NCBI RefSeq assembly: GCF_006345805.1
Contig: NC_043014.1
Location: 24,676,001-24,740,000, forward strand
Origin: Octopus sinensis
Taxonomy: Eukaryota
DNA length: 64,000 nucleotides
Direction of reading: 5' to 3'
Shown: positions 12,062 through 24,409 of the stretch, piece by piece
How positions within the stretch are numbered: position 1 is the first letter of the stretch
How the letters are laid out: each line of letters opens with the position of its first letter
Notes under the pieces: generated by a model
What the model was told of the DNA's origin: nothing
The model's database searches: none
The model's input: the letters and a program-made list of their open reading frames with translations, nothing else
Position numbers and translations under genes: made by a program

Positions 12062-12620
12062 GCATACACATGTATATACATACATATATAAACATGCATA
12101 CGTACATGTTTGTGTCTGAGTGTGTGCATGTGTGTGTTTGCGTGCATGCATGTGTTTGTAATTAGATAAATTTTCTCATTCCAGCAGTATAAGAACTTGA
12201 AACCAATTAAATCCTTCACTCTTCATTGTTGTATTTTACATATCCCCAGTTAGTTTGTAACTTATATGCCCATATGATAGCAGTTTTGAAGATCTCAATG
12301 TTCACCTTATGTATGTATGCATGAATGTATGTTTTATGTATGCATGCTTTTAAATATTTAAACCATATGTGGAACATAAGTAAAGACAACTATTTGAAGA
12401 TTTCTCCTCCTCTTCACTTGGACCCGCTCTTTCCTAAAACCAACCATAACAAGGTTTAAAAATACAAATTTGATAACTTTCCTAGTGAGAAACAAACATT
12501 TCACAGAGAAAAATAATCAATATTTCAAGTAATATGAAGTTATATATGTTAATATAAGTAGGGAAAGGGAAAATAATGAAAAAATTTAAAATTCTAGGAG
12601 AGCACTCTTCACCCTATGAG

Positions 12621-12710
12621 ATGACATCTGGTGTACCACAGGGATCTGTTCTTGGCCTTCTTGGCCAACTTAAAGAATACTACAGTGCTGAAATATGCAG
12701 ATGACATCAT
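12621..12710 (+). pseudogene. CR1/L2-type LINE RT fragment
   Basis: Translates as MTSGVPQGSVLG and TVLKYADDI. Confidence 0.8.
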
Positions 12711-13024
12711 GCTGCACACAATGCACTGGCAACTCAAGACATTCCTTTTCTGCCAACATCTTGAAATTACTGACTCTTTCGATTCTTTTGAGATTAGATT
12801 CTTTTTCCAATCTTCTTAGCATTCTTGCATGTAAAGTTTTTTAAAAATTGAAATCCAAAACAACATTTTCGAAATACTAGCTTTTAAGTGAATTAGTTTG
12901 ATCTATGATAGAACTACCTATTTTACATCTTATAGCTACACTTACGCACCCCACACACACCAGGTTGAAGCAAAACTTTTTGGTATTTCAAGCTTTACTC
13001 AAACAAATTACATATGAAAAGTGT

Positions 13025-13870
13025 TTATTTATCAAAATATACCTCATCATATTCTGTTGCCATTGGTTTTATGTCAATAGGGTGGGTTTGAAGCAAAAAA
13101 ATTCCGGCATCCATTTTCAACCTCATCCACATTCTTGAACTCTGAATGTGCAGGAAATGAGCTATGAGACAGAAAAGGTACAAATTCAGAGTCTGAAGTA
13201 CAGGCAGGGTGAGGAGGCAGCACTTCCAGCCCCTCGACTTCCTCAAGTTTGCACTTGGTTCCGTTGGCAGTCTGTGCTGGGGTATTGTTATGCTGTAGGA
13301 GTATACAATGCCAGGTAGAGGGCTTTCAAAGCATCATATATGTTCTGCTTTCACAGAATGACCATCTGACCCTTGAAATACCTCCAAAAGCACATAACCT
13401 TCTGTTCTGAAGCCCAGCTAGTACAAACCTACTGATTTCTCATTAAGATTACAAAAATAGATCCATTTTTCATCCCCAGTTAAAATTCAATGCCAAAAAT
13501 GGGATTTCCCAGTATTTGTTTGCAAATATTCACACATTGTTTAATCTGGTCATGAAGAACATCTCAGTGGCATCTCTTCACAAGGTCAAGCTTATGGAGG
13601 TGTTGATTGATGGCGTTTTATGAAGGATCAAATTCTACCGACAATGTATGAGTGCTTGTGTGTGCCTGTTGTTCAACCATTTCAAGCAAGGCCTACAACA
13701 GGTCTCCTTGACCTTGGGTGTCACTTTTCTTGAAATGTCTGAACAAGTTTTGTGCGACACGTTCGCTGACATTAACAGGTCTTGGGCCTTTTACAGCATT
13801 AACTTATCTTTTCACTGCCCTTGCATTCAGTCCTTTTTTGCACGTAGTGTAAAATGCATCTTTTTACAGT
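13025..13870 (-). pseudogene. Mariner transposase relic
   Basis: ILTGDEKWI at about 13460-13490, an HNN-PH-like motif, and LEVL(P)HPA...FKNVDEVENGCRNFF C-terminal region, with many indels. Confidence 0.8.
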
Positions 13871-13928
13871 GGTAAAAAGATGCATTATCAAAGCTTTATT
13901 TAGAATACACAGTTAATGTAGTGAAAAT

Positions 13929-14396
13929 TGCAACTTTTCACCACTCATCATCACAGCTGTATAAGAAAGAATAAACAATTAATGTTTATACATTATGTAT
14001 GAAAACAATGAATAAATAATTCAGCATCAATTGGATGAGCTCTATCTAATTAACTTGGAGATACCAGATTTCATCAGTGAAAATCAAAAAAAACTTTTGA
14101 TACAACCTGTTACACGTGTGTGTGTGATTTTTTAATTCATTACTTTATTCTGTATTTTGGCATTAGTACAAGGGTTCTTTTCCAGTTATTACTTGAAGTT
14201 GATGTTGTTACTGTCACTGCAATTACAATATTCCCTATGTTCAGTACTGTCTGTTATCTCAGCTCTTTCTTTTAATTTCTTTATTGCTCATTTCCTACAA
14301 TATACTCTTACGTGCTACAAAAGACTTAAAAATGGTATTTAAACAGTTGTGATTTTATCTTTAGTTTAAGTCTCCATACCTATGCCGATCAATCAA

Positions 14397-14428
<32 letters not shown>

Positions 14429-15244
14429 CACGCGCGTGTGTGTGAGATATACGTCCTTCAAACAATATGTTGAGCCAAATGTAAATAATGTAAATAGTGT
14501 ACAACACATAATATCTACATTCATTTAGTATTTCCGTCTGTTTGTCTGTCCATCTATACACATATATTCATGTATATATTCATATATACATGAATATATT
14601 TTATCGTTTTACTTGTTTCAGTCATTTGACTGCAGCCTTTAGTCAATCAAATCAAGCCTAGTACTTATTCTATTGGTCTCTTTTGCCAAACTGCTAGATT
14701 ATAATGACGTAAAGATACCAGCACCCGCTTCATTCAGTTTTCGTCAGCTTGAGGCTATAGCAAAAGACACTTGCCTAAGGTGCCACACAGTGGGACTGAA
14801 CCCAGAACTATGTGGTTGGGAAGCAAGCTTTTATCACAGCCACTTCTGCGCCTATGTATATATAAATATTTTCATGTATGAAGGACCAAGTTCTACTGAC
14901 AATAATATCAGTTCTTAACCAATTTACAATAATATGTAGTTCTTAACAAGTTTACACATGCCTGTAGCTTTTAGTATAAATAACAAGTTCATTTTTCTTA
15001 CATTTTACTTGTATCAGCTGTTTTTGAAAAAATTGGAAAATTATTATTGTTGTTATTTTTATGTTGCTTTTTTAAATGCCTAACTGCAGACATACACACA
15101 TGCATGCATACTAGGCCTGATTAAAAATCATCAGGAATGTTGCTATGGTAACAGACCGAGTGAAGCTGCTAGGCACAGATTGACCTTGAACACTAAGTTA
15201 TAACATTCTCACTCACTTTTGTTCTTTATAGTAGTACTTGCAAG
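13929..15244 (-). repeat. Right arm of the large inverted duplication
   Basis: Reverse complement of 10543-11992, visibly diverged by substitutions and indels. Confidence 0.92.
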
Positions 15245-15741
15245 AGCACATTTTGTCGTATTCATTTAGAGCAAGTTGTTTTACACATATTACACCATTT
15301 TTTTTTTGTTTTGATGCCCGGGTCAGCCCCTTAGATGCTTTCGGAAGTTCAGGATGTGAAATTTTTTTATTGAAAATTTTATATATTTTATAATTTTATA
15401 TATTTTTCACAAGCTTCAATACTTTTCTGATGTGGTGGTTTATCTACGATCTCACGTCCGAGATCACCGCTTTTTATAGCCACGTTTTGTTACAGTTTGT
15501 GCAACACTACTTTTATGTTTCCTATTGAGAAATAGATAATAAAAACATTTTACTTTGTGTCTGGAGAGAGTCATTCTCTTTTAGTGCATTATATTTTAAC
15601 ACAGACACCAGTAAAATTTCCACCTTTCTTTTTAATTTTTGAAAAGGAACACATTGTGAATAATTTACAGAGTTAAAACTACTGAAAAGGTTGCAAAACG
15701 CAACAAAGATTTGAAAACAATAAGAAATAAGTGGAAATTTT

Positions 15742-18596
15742 AGCAAGTTCTGTCGAATTGCTGTTATTTTGCCTGACGTCGAATCTGTGCCTATTAAACC
15801 TTTTGTTTAATTGTTCTGTTATGCAACCAACATAAATCATGTTGTATTTCATGCATTCTGTAGGTTTGAATATCTTTCCTAATCTTAGCAAATTGAATGA
15901 TCGGAACGGCGGTGGAGATAAATGTGGGGTGACATAGGTTTGCAAAATAACTCTGTCACTATTCTGCCTCCAGAAAACTTGATTTTTGTCAAACCTACAT
16001 GGATAATTTTAGCAAACACAATACAATAAATAACAGAATTCCTTTAGTGATTAGCTGGCACTGACAATCATAAAGCACTAAAAGAGAATGAGTCTCCCCA
16101 GACACAACAGTGTATATATATATATATCAACATCATCATTTAGCGTCCGTTTTCCATGCTAGCATATATATATGTACATATGTATGTATGTATGCATGCA
16201 TGTATGTATGTATGTATGTATGTATGTGTGTATGTGTGTATGTATGTATGCAGGCATGTATGTATGTGTGTTTCTCGTGCCTGTTATTGACCATTCAGTA
16301 ACATCCCGTCTCATGTTTGGCCAGAAAAATCTAGCCGCAATGAGTTTTACTGAGGCTGCGATGCCAGGATGAGCAAGATTATGCAAAGCATCAAAGACAA
16401 CCCTGCGATGCTTCTCAGGGACGAGGTGACTCCGTCGATATGTTGCACAAGATAAGCAAGTATAAGCAAGTACTTGAATTTACATGCTGCAAATTCAGCA
16501 GATGTGGTGTCAAATTAATCCAAAGGAGGCTGGTCTGAGGCTAAAACAGTTAAGTCAATTACTGAAGTGGGTGCTAATGAGTTGATTGGCAAACGGGACA
16601 AAGCATCAGCAGCAGTGTTCTGGGTTCCTGAGATATGCTGAATGTTGCTAGGAAACAAAATTGAGCTGTCTCATTTCCCTCGGTGAATATTTTTCAGGCT
16701 TAGACCGTAAGAGGTTTATGGTCTGTGTAGATGGAAAACTGTCTGCCTTCAAGATAATGATGGAAGTGTTTTACTGCCAGGTAAATTGTCAATAATTCAC
16801 GCCCAAAAGTGCTATAGCGGGTCTCGGTGGCCGAGAGAAAAATGCCAAAGGTTGCATATGCTCCTGGTGAAACTGTTAATAACCCGTAAACATATTTCTC
16901 CTCATACATTCTGAGAAGTGAAAGTGAAGCAGATTCAGAATATTTTCTGAGAATATGCACTTCCAAGTCTTCTTCAAAATTGCAACCGCTTGAAACAAAA
17001 TGTTCAGCAAGTTCTGTCGAATTGCTGTTATTTTGCCTGACGTCGAATCTGTGCCTATTAAACCTTTTGTTTAATTGTTCTGTTATGCAACCAACATAAA
17101 TCATGTTGTATTTCATGCATTCTGTAGGTTTGAATATCTTTCCTAATCTTAGCAAATTGAATGATCGGAACGGCGGTGGAGATAAATGTGGGGTGACATA
17201 GGTTTGCAAAATAACTCTGTCACTACTCTGCCTCCAGAAAACTTGATTTTTGTCAAACCTACATGGATAATTTTAGCAAACACAATACAATAAATAACAG
17301 AATTCCTTTAGTGATTAGCTGGCACTGACAATCATAAAGCACTAAAAGAGAATGAGTCTCCCCAGACACAACAGTGTATATATATATATATCAACATCAT
17401 CATTTAGCGTCCGTTTTCCATGCTAGCATATATATATATGTACATATGTATGTATGTATGCATGCATGTATGTATGTATGTATGTATGTATGTGTGTATG
17501 TGTGTATGTATGTATGCAGGCATGTATGTATGTGTGTTTCTCGTGCCTGTTATTGACCATTCAGTAACATCCCGTCTCATGTTTGGCCAGAAAAATCTAG
17601 CCGCAATGAGTTTTACTGAGGCTGCGATGCCAGGATGAGCAAGATTATGCAAAGCATCAAAGACAACCCTGCGATGCTTCTCAGGGACGAGGTGACTCCG
17701 TCGATATGTTGCACAAGATAAGCAAGTATAAGCAAGTACTTGAATTTACATGCTGCAAATTCAGCAGATGTGGTGTCAAATTAATCCAAAGGAGGCTGGT
17801 CTGAGGCTAAAACAGTTAAGTCAATTACTGAAGTGGGTGCTAATGAGTTGATTGGCAAACGGGACAAAGCATCAGCAGCAGTGTTCTGGGTTCCTGAGAT
17901 ATGCTGAATGTTGCTAGGAAACAAAATTGAGCTGTCTCATTTCCCTCGGTGAATATTTTTCAGGCTTAGACCGTAAGAGGTTTATGGTCTGTGTAGATGG
18001 AAAACTGTCTGCCTTCAAGATAATGATGGAAGTGTTTTACTGCCAGGTAAATTGTCAATAATTCACGCCCAAAAGTGCTATAGCGGGTCTCGGTGGCCGA
18101 GAGAAAAATGCCAAAGGTTGCATATGCTCCTGGTGAAACTGTTAATAACCCGTAAACATATTTCTCCTCATACATTCTGAGAAGTGAAAGTGAAGCAGAT
18201 TCAGAATATTTTCTGAGAATATGCACTTCCAAGTCTTCTTCAAAATTGCAACCGCTTGAAACAAAATGTTCAGCAAGTTCTGTCGAATTGCTGTTATTTT
18301 GCCTGACGTCGAATCTGTGCCTATTAAACCTTTTGTTTAATTGTTCTGTTATGCAACCAACATAAATCATGTTGTATTTCATGCATTCTGTAGGTTTGAA
18401 TATCTTTCCTAATCTTAGCAAATTGAATGATCGGAACGGCGGTGGAAATAAATGTGGGGTGACATAGGTTTGCAAAATAACTCTGTCACTATTCTGCCTC
18501 CAGAAAACTTGATTTTTGTCAAACCTACATGGATAATTTTAGCAAACACAATACAATAAATAACAGAATTCCTTTAGTGATTAGCTGGCACTGACA
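15742..18596 (-). repeat. Tandem array of a ~1265 bp mosaic unit (about 2.25 copies)
   Basis: ORF offsets of 1264 and 1266 bp. Each unit contains an unknown segment, a PLE GIY-YIG piece, a Gypsy RNase H/integrase-ZF piece, (TATG)n and an RTE-type tail. Confidence 0.95.
16700..17209 (-). CDS. Chimeric ORF: truncated GIY-YIG endonuclease fused to truncated Gypsy RNase H (second copy at 17966-18475)
   Basis: IYVGCITEQLNKRF..H...YEEKY is continuous with LSATETRYSTFGRELLTIYLAVKHFHHYLEGRQFSIYTDHKPL. The listed start is non-ATG; expression is unknown. Confidence 0.45.
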   Translation of the reverse strand: MQTYVTPHLSPPPFRSFNLLRLGKIFKPTECMKYNMIYVGCITEQLNKRFNRHRFDVRQNNSNSTELAEHFVSSGCNFEEDLEVHILRKYSESASLSLLRMYEEKYVYGLLTVSPGAYATFGIFLSATETRYSTFGRELLTIYLAVKHFHHYLEGRQFSIYTDHKPLTV

Positions 18597-19500
18597 TTTC
18601 GCTGGCAATTTAAAAGTGTTGCATGAAAGTTACCAGCATGTAGCGAAAAAAATCCTCGTTTCAACCAGATATTTCCTCAGCCGCCTATTGTAGCCTTTAC
18701 ACGGAATAAGAATAGAGAATTATTGACCTCTATATCTGACTCCAAGAAAACGAACATTGGAGTATCTGCACACTGTACCTTAAAGAACAGCCGCAAGAGA
18801 GGTAAGCCCTGTTCATTGTGCAACAACATGAGTGAAGTGAATTCCATCAGAAATCATTTACAGAAAAGTTATACTGAAGGTAGAACGTGTAAAGATTCCC
18901 AATTGGTGTACGCTGGAGAATGCACGAAACAATTTATGTTGGCTGTACAACAGAACAATTAAACAAAAGGTTTAATGGGAACAGATTCGACGTCAGGCAC
19001 AATAACAGTTCGACAGAACTTTCTGAACATTTCGTTTCAAGCGGTTGCAATTTTCAAGAAGACTTGGAAGTGCATATTCTCAGAAAATATTCTGAATCTG
19101 CTTCACTTTCACTTCTCAGAATGTATGAGGAGAAATATGCTTGTGGGTTATTAACATCACGCCCTGGAGGAATGAATAAGATGACAGGAGAATATCAAAT
19201 TTATACAAAACTGTTTGATTAAATATTCTTCTTTCTCTCGTTTTCTTTCCTTTTTTTCCTATCGTCTTCTTTTTTCTCTCTTTTTCTTTTCGCCTGTTAT
19301 AAAATTGTAACTGAAAAACATGATGTCATTCCATCAACGTGTGGATGCTGGTTGCTCTCGTTTTTTTACATTTAAATTTCTATAATTTGGAATTTTTATC
19401 ACTTCTTAATTTGAACTTGATAAAGACAGACGTACTGTAGAAATATCGTTCAACTAATAAAATATCTTACAATCGAATCGTGCTCTTCGTCTTGACTGTT
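18597..19500 (+). mobile_element. 3' part of a Penelope-like element (linker, GIY-YIG, 3' region)
   Basis: IFPQPPIVAFTRNKN linker, LVY..EC...IYVGCTT...LLTSRPGGMN GIY-YIG ending at 19222, then a hammerhead relic and AATAAA. Confidence 0.85.
19411..19453 (+). ncRNA. Decayed minimal type I hammerhead ribozyme
   Basis: ttgaac / gttcaa stem I; core TTGATAA (canonical CTGANGA) plus an extra A; GACAG-acgta-CTGTA stem II; GAAA-TATC palindromic stem III. Confidence 0.55.
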
Positions 19501-19689
19501 TTCCTTTGTGAAGAGTTATGTCAATCCTTTTAAAATATCAAAATCAAGTAGATTGAGATGATTAATTTTATGGTACACAGAATAAGAATCGGAAATTATA
19601 GAAATTCTGGAATTTACCAAAGCAGCAGGGTGTTTAAGGAAAATCGTAATGTAAATTACAGCTTTTGCGCTTTATTTCTTCTCACAATT

Positions 19690-21990
19690 GGCTAGTTTCG
19701 CTAGACCCCAGTGTTGAACCGAATCCTCGGCCAATGGTTCAGTTGATGCTTCTGCTCAATAAGTTATTGACATTGTGTGCAACTCCAAATATTTTCAAGC
19801 AGTCCAGAACCACAAATGAGGAACCATATGATATGCTTTCTGGTAGTCTATCCATGCCTTATTTGTACAAGTAATTGTTCTTTTACATCCTATATATACC
19901 AAGAAATATTGTTTTCCTCTATCTGAATACAATCCTCACAAGTTAGTCCCTACCATCCTTTCTTGTAACCTGTAGCCTGTCACATCACTTTTCCAAGTGA
20001 AATGCACTGTGTGTTGTTAGTAATATTCTTGTGTTTTATCCAAGGTTATAGTTCCCCTGTTCACCATCATACCCACACCTGTTCCACATCTGAAGAGAAC
20101 AATTACCTATGAATTTATTTCTTGGAAATTATTCCTTCCAATCAGTTTAATTTTCAAAATTAATTTCAGCTTCCTGCAATACTGATAGAATATTTTCTTC
20201 ATTTGACTTTCCATCAGTTTTCCTACTTCCATTACACTCGTATACTTCTTTCCTTCTTTGTCTACTCTCTTTATCTTGTAGGCAACTTCACACCATCCAC
20301 TTGTTGGACTTCACCTCATTTTAGAATCAACACTCCACAATTTCTCAGTCGAAATACTGTTCTAATGTCTATGCTAAGGCAATGTGTGAATTCAGCTGGT
20401 CTTTGTCTTTCCCATAGAATTTCAAGTCATCCTTAAAGAAGAGATGATTGATCTTATCTTTTCTTTCCTTGAACTCATACACAATACAAAAAAACAATGC
20501 TGACAAGTTGTCTCCTTAGAAGATTCTACATTTAATTTTGACAAAGCCTAAATTCTCCAATGTGAATTCAGTATTTCAACTATTGATGCTTCTGCTCAAT
20601 AAGTTAATGACATTGTGTGCAATTCCAAATATTTTCAAGCAGTCCAGAACCCACAAATGAGGAACCATATGATATGCTTTCTGGTAGTCTATCCATGCCA
20701 AACCTAAGTTAGTTTTGTGCTTTTTGAAGTCTTTCTGCACTGTCTTCGGTTCTTCTGTTTCAGTGTTACACCATTTTTGTTGTTCCTCTAACTTGTTTTG
20801 GTCCATGTATTCTGCTAGTATTCCAGTTAACAACTCCCACATGATGGGTAGACAGGTTTGAAATTATCAACAGCATTTCCCCTTGATGCTTTCTGGTACA
20901 ATACTGATCTGGTCAACCAGCCTGGGATTTATGTGGTCTTCTAGTAATGTGTATAATTATTCCACTACCCTTTCATGACATTAAGTAAATTTCTTCACCC
21001 AATATCCCTGAATTCCTCTGGGTCTGCCACTTTCCAGTTGTTCATATTTCTTCTTAAACATTGACCATCCTCCTTGCTTATCTTAATATCTTCTTGCTGA
21101 GGATTTTAGTTTTATTTGGGTTATTTTGCCACTCTGCACTAATGTTGTGTGTTTCCTCTTTCCCCCATATCCCTGAATTCTATCTGGGCCTTCTGCTTTC
21201 CCCGTTGGTTATCTTTCCACTTACTCATTGAACATCCTCCTTGCTTATCTTAATGTCTTCTTGCCAAGGATTCATATTGTTTATTTCATGTTGCATAGCC
21301 ACTCTGCATTACTGTTGTGTGTTTTCCCCTTTCTCCCATGTCTTGTTCCAGAATCCTTGACTTTCTTCCATATTTGGAGTACATGTATCTTTATCGGTTT
21401 CTCCATTTATTTCCTGACAGTATCTTTTTTGGCTAATTTAGATGAATCTGTTTTGTCTGTACTGTTTTATTTTCTGATCATATTTAATGATTTTTGTTCT
21501 CTTGGCTTGCACACATTATTTTAGTTCCTCATTTACTACTGGTGACCCTTTGAAATTAATACCATACTTTTGTTTCAGCATGTTATATTTGCACTAACAC
21601 TGCAGTTTTTTCTTTCTTCTGATTCGCACTGACAGATTACTCTGAATTATTTCCAGGCTTTCTTTCCTATCATTCTGGCCAGGTTGCATAATCATTGCCC
21701 AGTTGTTTCAAATATTCCTAGTTGTGACCATTCTCGATACATTCTTTTTCTATATCTTCTTAATGGCAATCCATTTTCATGTGTGGTTTGGTTCCTGTAA
21801 TAGTACTCTATGATGATTGCATTTATTTCTTTACTCCAGTTTTTCTTCAATTATTGTATGGTAACAGTCACAGGTTGTCAACCAGGCCCATCTGGCTGCT
21901 CAGTGGGACACCTACTGGAAACAGCACCTCCATTACTGCTTCCAGTCCTGTTACACTGGTTTCTATTATATTTCTTTCAGGCATTTTCAC
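19690..21990 (-). mobile_element. R4/Dong-like non-LTR retrotransposon relic
   Basis: N-terminal WSKEINAIIIEYYY...YRKRMYREW and RT motifs PIMWELLTGILAE and AWIDYQKAYHMVPHLWV. The RT segment is duplicated at 19740-19860. Confidence 0.75.
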
Positions 21991-22479
21991 TCTTAGAGGT
22001 TGCTTACATAAAGGTTGTTTTTATTGTTGTTGTTCTGTTGTTTTATCTTTGTAATACTACCACTAATTGGATTACTGACGAAGCACAACCTACTCAGATG
22101 TATTGTTCAAGGTTTACAGCTCTAGAACACATTTAGAGGGCATCTATTTTTTTTTCTCTTCAAGATATGATTTGTTTAAGTAACTTGAGTAAAGGCTGGT
22201 CTCAATGCATTTTTGCATTGTTAATATTAAGGCATTCAGCCTCCACAGTTATGATCTCTTCGAGGAAGGAAGTTTGGGATCTCCTGTGTTGCTTAGGTAA
22301 TCTTACCCCAGTTCTCTGCACCTGCTCACAGTTTCTGTTTCCTCCCTATTTTTCTAGTGCCTTTCATATTATATATATATATATATATATATAAGAGAGA
22401 AGAAAATGGATTCCATTTTCTCTTGTATAACCTAAACTCTGGTTTACTATTATGCAATCTTTCAAAAGACTTTGCCTAC

Positions 22480-22725
22480 CCAGCCAGGAGCAACTCTAGA
22501 TTTGATACGATCGTGGCCGTTCGCCAGCCTCGTCTGGCACCTGTGTCGGTGGCACATAAAATCACCCACTACACTCTCAGAGTGGTTGGCGTTAGGATGG
22601 GCATCCAGCTTTAGAAACACTGCCAGATCTGACTGGCCTGGTGCAGCCTTCGGGCTTGCCAGACCCCAGTTGAACCGTCCAACCCATGCTAGCATGGAAA
22701 GCGGACGGTAAACGATGATGATGAA
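22480..22725 (+). mobile_element. 5'-truncated RTE 3'-UTR copy with (GAT)n tail
   Basis: cacccactacactctc.gagtggttggcgttagga.gggcatccagc...aaacgatgatgatga, the same as the tail of the RTE at 44100-44490. Confidence 0.8.
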
Positions 22726-22899
22726 TATTAGGGAGTATAACTCCAAACTTACATGGAAAAATTCAAGTTAGTATTAAATCAAATTTCACAATATAAATAT
22801 ATAATGTATGTTTCATTGCTATGATTGAATTCGAATTACAATTAAATTTAGCTTACATTTATTGAGTGCACTTAAACCTCAATTTTGTATCTTATGGAA

Positions 22900-24369
22900 C
22901 TTATAGGTAAGATAGAACCACTATTTTGGAATTCATCTTTGAAGGATATTCTATGAAAATTTATTTTGAAACTTATCAATAATATTAAGGATTTTGTATC
23001 TAGAGTTAAATAGAAAGCCTACTATTATAACTGTAATATATCTAATTTTAACGATGTAGCGAATACTAATGATGTTAATTCTAAATTTGAATCTAAAACC
23101 GAACCCCCATATAATAGAGATTTACAGGTCTTAGAAGATAATATTTGGAAGGTGGTGAAAAATATTAAATTTCATAAATACCCAAACAGCCATAATGAAT
23201 ATTTAAGAAATTTAGCTATTAGAATTAGAGAAATGAGAAATATGGACGGTATTATTGTACAATCAGATAAAACTAAGAACCTATATAAAGTTAAATTATA
23301 TGATAACCTATTAGAGAAAGAGAATTAAAAAATATAATATTGTTCCAGATAATACACTTTATACTATAAATAAAGCCTCTAAATTAGTAAAGATGAATTA
23401 TAAGTTAGATAATAAAACTGAACCTTATGTACCTATGCACCCTAGAATTACTTTGAAGGACCGTAAGGGTAATTTTTATTCAGACCCTAAATCAGACCTT
23501 GGTAAATTGAGTAAATTAATATTGGATAAATATATCAATAAATTAAATAAACTAAACTACCTAAAATTATGGACTAATAATAATAATACTCTTAATTGGT
23601 TTTATAATATTAAAGAAAAAATCGATATAATTTTATTCAAATAGACATAGATAATTATTACTCTTCTATTAATGAAATTGTGTTTAATAAGGCGTTAATA
23701 TATGCAATGAATAACTTATGATGAAGTTAATGTAATTGAAATGGCTAGGAAATCGTTTATTAGATATAATAATAAATTATGGGCTAGGAAGGATACTAGG
23801 GACTATTTTGATATACCTATGGGGGCACCCGATTCTGCACAAGCTACTGATTTAGTAGGTATTTATTTATTATCTGAATTTCAATTAGAAAAGTTAGAGG
23901 GTGGTTTATATAGGGATGACCTTTTATTAATTACTAAGAATTACACTAATAGAAAACTTGAATTACATAAGAAGAAACTATATAGTTTCTTTAAAAGATA
24001 TGGTTTAAGTATTACTATATATAAGGGAAAACTATGATGTAAATTATTTAGATGCTAATTTTAATTTAATAATGGGTAAAACCCAACCATATCATAAATT
24101 TAATGAAAACCTTAGATATATAAATGCTAATAGTAATCAACCACCCTCAGTTAAAAAATCGTTAATAAATGATATTAGTAAACGAATATCATTACTTTCT
24201 TATGATTTAGAGACTTTCAATAAACAAGCACCTTACTATAATGAAGCCCTGCGAGAGGCAGGATATAATAATAATAAAATAAAATCCGTAGCTTGTGCAG
24301 AATTGGGTGCCCCCATAGGTATATCAAAATAGTCCCTAGTATCCTTCCTAGCCCATAATTTATTCTTTG

Positions 24370-24409
<40 letters not shown>

